Shown here piece after piece: positions 57,885 to 64,000 of a DNA stretch of 64,000 nt. The notes beneath the pieces were generated by a model, which worked only from the letters and a program-made list of their open reading frames with translations, was not told the origin of the DNA and made no database searches. Position numbers and translations under genes: made by a program. The stretch is from Hormiphora californensis (lineage: Eukaryota; Animalia; Ctenophora): the NCBI GenBank assembly GCA_020137815.1, contig CM035351.1:8866001-8930000 (forward strand). Direction: 5' to 3'. The stretch's first letter is position 1. Each line of letters begins with the position of its first letter.

Positions 57885-60095
57885 ATGCCGAACAGGGAAA
57901 GAAAAGCCCAGCTCGGGATGGAAAGAACGAAGAATGCTATAGCAGAAGCATGTGAATACATGGAAAAATACAAGTTCTTCTGTACAACATGTTCAGAGCC
58001 ATTTGAAGAAGTCGAGGTAATAGTTTAGGGGGCAGTGTTAAAAAGATAAACAACGATAAATAATGGTACTAAATCAATACATTAGGGCCGTGATTTTATT
58101 TTGATGTTTTTTTCTGGTATTTTAACTCAACAAAATCATCTGTCTCACAGGACCTTCGAAATCATCGAAGTGGGGAAATGCACACATACATCTCGACGTT
58201 CCGACGGAAGAGGCTAGTTCCAGGGCTGGCATATTGCTACGCTTGTGACGTAGGTCTTCCCTGGGAAGTGGCCAGAACATATTGACACACCCCGACACAC
58301 ACACTCTTACAAGATGCTACAAGCACTAGGGGAGGTGGAGGAGGGCATAGACTATGATAAACCCTATAGTTGTACAGAACAGGGTAGGTGGCGTGTGAGA
58401 TTTTGTAAAGCCTCTATATAATTGTATGCTTCGTTATCTCAAAGCGGCTCAACTTGTCAAACCACCCTGTTCATTTCCAGGTGTTATAGGGGTGGAAATG
58501 TTGCCCGAAGATATCGATCCTAAGAAGGCAACCGATGAGTATGGTTGGAGTAACAGCAGTAGGGAGGGAATTCCAACTATTGGGCTACAGCATATGTCAA
58601 AGAATGACAGAAATGAGTTTCTGTGCAACTTGTGTAATTACACGTTCTCTTTCTCTGGCCGACTTGACCACCTTTACTCTGAGAAACATAAGATGAACTA
58701 CCTTGGTAAGTTATCTCACAAGCTGTTTTATTTCCTCCTTTTACCTCTATAAGCTAAGCAATAAACTGTATACAACTAACTGAGTAAACAACAACTTTCA
58801 GAAAAGAGAGTACCCAGAATGGCATAGGGTGATTGAGGATGCGCCTGTTGTAGTGCGTAGGAAGACTTTGATTCAATTCTACATACACAAGGTAGATGAA
58901 AAGGAAAGACCTGAAGAGTCGGAAGAGGCACAGAAATGGAGGAGGATCTTTTTCGATCCGAAAAAGGTTGCAAGGTGAGCTTGAATGCACGATTGATAGT
59001 TTTAGTACCTTGTTTTTTACTATCTTATCTGTCCTTCATTTTCAATACCGTGTGTTTCTTGGTGGCAAGTCCCAAGGGCCAAGACCACATCTAAGCTGGA
59101 GTTGTTTTTAAAATTTGTTTGTTTCAGGGAACAGGAAAGAAGACGAAATAACAAAGAAATGAGAGAGTCTTCTAAAAGAGACAGGGTGGATCACAGTGAT
59201 CGGGGAGGTCCTCCTAGACGGGGTCAGGGGACACGTACAATGGAATAGACCACCTAGTGGACCCTGGGATAGTGGTCATGGTGGTCATAGACCTCATTGG
59301 GACCAATACCATGGTGGCTGGGGTGATTATAATGGACCTGAGGAATCAGTGGGGTCATGAAGGTTACCAAGATGACGGTTACTATGGAGATGACGGTGGT
59401 TACTATGGAGATGACCGTGGTTACTATGGAGATGACCGTGGTTACTATGGAGATGACGGTGGTTACTACGGAGGAGACAACTACGGAGGAGGATGGGATG
59501 AAGGGTGGGGTTACACTGATCCATATCAACAGCAAAAAACGGTAAACTATACTGCTTTTTATTTCTACACCGAATACTTTCTACACAGTTCTCACATTTC
59601 CAGTTCCTAGATCAGATACAAACACTATTTAGACAGTGCTTAAAATTTTATTTTCTGCAGGATATGACCGAAGAGGAACTTCGAGCATTAGAAATCCTCG
59701 AAAAGTACCAATCCAAGGCAAGGGGTGCTCCACCTCCTAGGGGAGGTAGTAGGGGGGCTCCCCATATGCGGGGAGGTCTTCCGCCGGCTAGGGGATCGGG
59801 TCCTGCTATGAGGGGAGGGTATGGTGCCCCAATGCGGGGCGGTCCTTCTTCTTCAAGAGGTCACGGTCCCCCAATGACGGGCAATCCTCGGCCCCTTATG
59901 AGGGGAATGAGAGGCGGTCCTCCGACAAGGAGTCGTGGCTATCCTCCTATGAGAGGGGCCCCTCCACCGACAAGGGGAGGCAGACCTCCCAAAAGAGGAC
60001 CTTCAACAAGAGGGAATAGTCGGGGTGGTGGTTTCCTAAACCATGCGTACAGCGGAGAAACGGCCCCCAAAAGGGCCAGAAAAGATAGTTGGTGA
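57885..60095 (+). CDS. 3x ZnF plus RGG/GY protein, paralog C (several indels: errors or pseudogenising)
   Basis: FFCTTC..|..HRSGEMH; LVPGLAYCYAC; IGLQHM..FLCNLC..HLYSEKHKMNYL; (GYYGDD)n; MTEEELRALEILEKY followed by MRGG repeats. Confidence 0.72.
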
Positions 60096-60534
60096 GCTAA
60101 CTATTCTTGGGTTTTTGTGTGTTCAGACAGCAGTATTATAGCAGCTGCAGCTGACGTTTAGAGATTTTGGAGAAAATTAGCTCATAATTATGGGTTTCAG
60201 AATTCAGGATACCGAAAATGAAAGAATGCTGTTGCTACTTGCTTAAAAGTGTTGACATTTTAATAGCCGTGATATTTCACAGTTGATCAAGGTTGAAAAT
60301 ACAATATAAGTTGCGTGAAAAAGAAATATTTTGCAAACTCTGTTTATTTTCCTTTAAATTTTACTGGTGATGCCAGATTAGTGTTTTTATTTGGAAAACT
60401 GGTATAATAACTGGTATAACGACTACTTTACGGGGGATCGATTTCTATCGATATAATGCTGAATGCAGCTTTTACAAAACATTCTGTTAATGATGACTGG
60501 AAGCTAATTAAATACCCGTTGTTTAGTTCCCATC

Positions 60535-62609
60535 ATGCCACGAGCAAAGACGAAGATGGATAGGGCTAAGGAGAGCTCTAGGAATGCTCTAAAAGAGATA
60601 GTGGAGTGTATGGAGAAATACAACTTTATGTGTACAATCTGCTCAGAACCATTCGACGACGTTGAGGTAACACACACCGAGAAGCAATCACTTTTTCTCA
60701 CTTGATATAATCTCATTAAATTAATTTAAATTTTATACGTATAATATCAATCTAGGAACTCCGTGACCACCGTAAGAGTGAGATGCACCGCTACCTATCT
60801 GAGAGGCGTATCAAGAGGCTGGTCCCTGGATTAGCATTCTGTATGTCATGTGAGCTCCTCTTTCCCGGTCAATGGGAGGACCACGTGGCGAGTGATAGAC
60901 ATGCCTATGCTATCAAGATGCTGACTGCACTTGGCGAGTTGAAGGAGGAGATCAATTATGACATGCCTTATGGGTGTAATGAACCAGGTTAGTGGGATCC
61001 ATGGTTCGACATTTCTAGACTATGTTCCAACTTCCATCTCAGTTCCTAAATCCCGATCTGTACAACTCCCTCTTCTAGATTCCCTGTAGTTGACCTCCCC
61101 TTCCTTTCAGGCAAGCTGGGTGAGGCGATGTCTCCAGAAGATATTGATCCAAAGAAGTACTCTCTTAGCTGCTCCGAGAACAACGGTATCTCTGCAGACT
61201 CTCGGAAGAGCATGCCCTGTATCGGCCTGAAGCATGTCCGGAGACTCAACAAAAAATCATTCATGTGTGACCTGTGCGACCATGAGTTTATCTACCAATC
61301 TCGACTGTCACATTTACATTCTGAAGTCCATAAGATGGCATACATGGTGAGAATCATTGGAATGCATTATATTCCTAGTAGAATCTCTCAATCCAGCTGA
61401 TATATCATTGTGACAAGTTGTCCTTATCATACTTTACCCTGCATTGTACTGAATCTCTCTCCTTATAGAAAAAGTGGTATCCAGAGTGGTACGATGAGTG
61501 TGGGAAGGCACCCATAACTTTGCGGAGGAAATCTCTTATCCAGTGGTATGTCCACCAGATAGATGAGAAGGACACCCCCAATGAATCTGAGGAGGTTAAG
61601 GAATTAAGAGCTCTCTTTCTTGACGAGGAGCGTGTGAAGAAGTGAGTATAACAGTCATGTGAACCTGGAGGCTGGATGTCGTTCGAGGCAGTCTGAGTAA
61701 AACCAAGCTAACTTTCAAATAACTTACCTTGTTTCAGAGAGCTTGAAAGGGTGAGAGAGGGGAAAGAGAGTGCCAAACAACGCGATCAGAACCGTGCCCA
61801 ACACGGATCCTCCAAGAGAGCAAGGATAGATCACAGTCGGGGAGGAGGGAGAGGGAGAGGTCGTGGTGGTCAAATGATGCTGCAGGAAGATATGATGTAT
61901 GGTGGTCCAGAGATGGGTGGACCATATGGAGGTTGGGATGAGGGATGGGGAGCCCATGATCAATGGGGCGGTGGATGGGGTGAGAGTTACCCTGGTGAAG
62001 ATTACTACAGTGCTGGTTACTATGGTGAGGAATCTGGTTACTATGGTGGTGCTGAGGATTACTACGGTGGTGGGTACCAAGGTGGAGAGGCTGGTTACTA
62101 TGGTGACAGATACGGTGGTTGGGGTGAGGGTTGGGACCAATCCGGTCCACAAGGAAGCTGGTCAAGCCCGGTTAGTGCCTTGTTTTTAGCGATCCTCTCT
62201 TCTTGCTCCCGGCTCATTATAATATGTTAAATGTTTCTATTGTGCAGGAATTATTTCACATTGACTGTTATTTCCACAGGGTATGACTGATGAAGAACGG
62301 CGAGCTTTGGAGATTGTAGAAAAATTCAATGCAAGAAACAGCGCCCCTCCTCCCCCTATGCGGGGAGGGTACGGTGGTCCTCCGATGCGGGGCGGTCCTC
62401 CGCCTGCCAGACGAGGGTTTGGTCCTCCAACTAGGGGTTATCCCCCCATGAGAGGGGGACCTCCACCAATGAGAGGGGGCCCTCCTCCTTCGTATAGAGC
62501 TAGAGGGGGTTATCCCCCCATGCGGGGAGGTCCACCCAGGGGAGGCAGACCTCCAATGAGACCATCAGGCCGAGGTCGAGGGAGTTTCCTAAATCACTCT
62601 TCAAAGTGA
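60535..62609 (+). CDS. 3x ZnF plus RGG/GY protein, paralog D
   Basis: FMCTIC..|..HRKSEMH; LVPGLAFCMSC..HVASDRH; IGLKHV..FMCDLC..HLHSEVHKMAYM; G/Y/W tract; MTDEERRALEIVEKF followed by (PPMRGG)n. Confidence 0.82.
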
Positions 62610-63087
62610 AATATCCCCTTCTCAGAGGATTAGCCAGATAGAAATCCAATGGACGTTCTGATGCTCTATCGAGCCTTCTGACTATTCCATACTTTTTGTT
62701 TTTCAAAGCAGAATTGACGATGGGACAATATGATATTTCAACTCACCGCAGTTGCTTTGACAACAGTATTAAAAGTGTGTTTTATTTACTCAAAATTTGC
62801 ATCACTACAACATCGATGTACATCATCAGATTCAGATGATCGGATCGCGATGGAATTTTCCATAGCATCATTATATTTTTCATTTAAATTCTATACGCTG
62901 CTTGTTATTTCTAACAACATAACATGAGAATCAACACGATTCTGTGGCTACTTGGGAAGATCGTCCTAACGACGATATCTGTCCCTGATCTACCTAAACT
63001 TCTGTATCCCCACGATCTCCAGTAAACTAATATTTAAAAAACACTCCAATACTACATCAATGACCTCCAATATATCATCTGTATAGC

Positions 63088-64000
63088 ATGAGCCTGCTGT
63101 ACCAGGAGGAGATAATAGGGAAGTTAGGTAGAGGTGGATATGGAACTGATTCGAGGGGTTCAACACCCTTCACATATGACAGGTATAGACGCCTTTCTGG
63201 TACCCCACGTTATAACTTGTCTCTCTTCCCGTCCATCCCGCAAAACAAGTTATAACTTGAAGCCAAGTTATAAATTGAAGCCACAATATCAATATTCCAA
63301 TCAGTGACTGTAGTGGGAGTGGAGCTGATCCAGCCCTCTGGATCTGGTAGTGGTATACCGAGTGTTCCCCTATCGCGGAGAGTCCAACTCTATGGAGACG
63401 ATCCTCCAATCTTATCAAGGAGAGTCCTCCAGCGATCTGCTGAGGTGCTCCAGGAGTGGGAGTGGCCCGAGGGGTCTGGGAACTGGTACCTTCTTCAGGA
63501 GACAATCAAAGACTTTCTACAGGTGATTAGAAGCAATTTCAGTGCTCTATATTAGCCAGCATCCTATTATTATTAGAATAAGAAGCAATTGATTTGTTAG
63601 TCACGGCCGTTTTAATCACTATTGGAGCCTATACTTTGTCTGTAATCACTCAATACCAAACTAGTATCCCCTTACAGGCCCGTAATTTCCACCGGAGATA
63701 CCCGGACATCCAGCGTCATCCCATCAATGGTGACTGAGAGGGAGATGTTGGTTGAGCGAGGTATCCTAGATGAGACATCAGCCGGGTTCAGCTACCTTGG
63801 AATCCTAACTGAGGACTATTCTAGGAGATCCTGAAAGAGGACTTCCCCTCAGAACACAGGCAGTTAGTTGCAGTTCTCAGGACGACGAGACCTCTATCAC
63901 CGGATAGAGACCGTTCATGGATGACAGTGATAAGGCTGATTGGGAGAATGATGGAGGGCAGGTCCAGGAAGCACTGAGAGAGCAGTTGGTACGCGATGCA
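63088..64000 (+). CDS. PHF10: PHF10/BAF45a/SAYP-like protein, N-terminal SAY region (partial, with indels)
   Basis: AEVLQEWEWPEGSGNWYLLQETIKDFLQ|ARNFHRRYPDIQR..EREMLVERGILDET versus recalled PHF10 [53 protein letters not shown]. Start codon uncertain. Confidence 0.75.

Overview
Eukaryotic, intron-rich animal genomic DNA with short GT-AG introns, many (CT)n tracts and many MITEs. The compact style and repeats suggest a ctenophore, but that is inference. From 5' to 3': (1) a tandem pair of single-pass receptor kinases (57-7140, 7951-11622). Reconstructed by hand, each has a signal peptide, two GAS1/GFRalpha-like Cys repeats, a stalk, a TM helix and a non-RD kinase resembling activin/TGF-beta type II receptors. 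The first carries a LINE with a nested 1.39-kb TTAA foldback element in one intron. (2) A minus-strand run of seven genes: GAR1, a type II membrane collagen, FAM177, CDK2-like, DDA1, MOGS and a CXC-SAP-J-ZnF protein. (3) An ORF1-only LINE derivative and a CRE-type RLE fragment. (4) A repeat-rich region with a long Pro/Gln-rich gene. (5) A plus-strand run of eight genes: CCDC58-like, ALKBH3-like, CCDC172-like, four tandem 3xZnF-RGG/GY proteins and PHF10-like. Main leads are the receptor architecture, an operon/trans-splicing signature, repeated tandem amplification of 3' splice sites, and the ZnF-RGG array. Several single-base frameshifts in short homopolymers are probably consensus errors. All family calls come from recalled motifs, not database searches.
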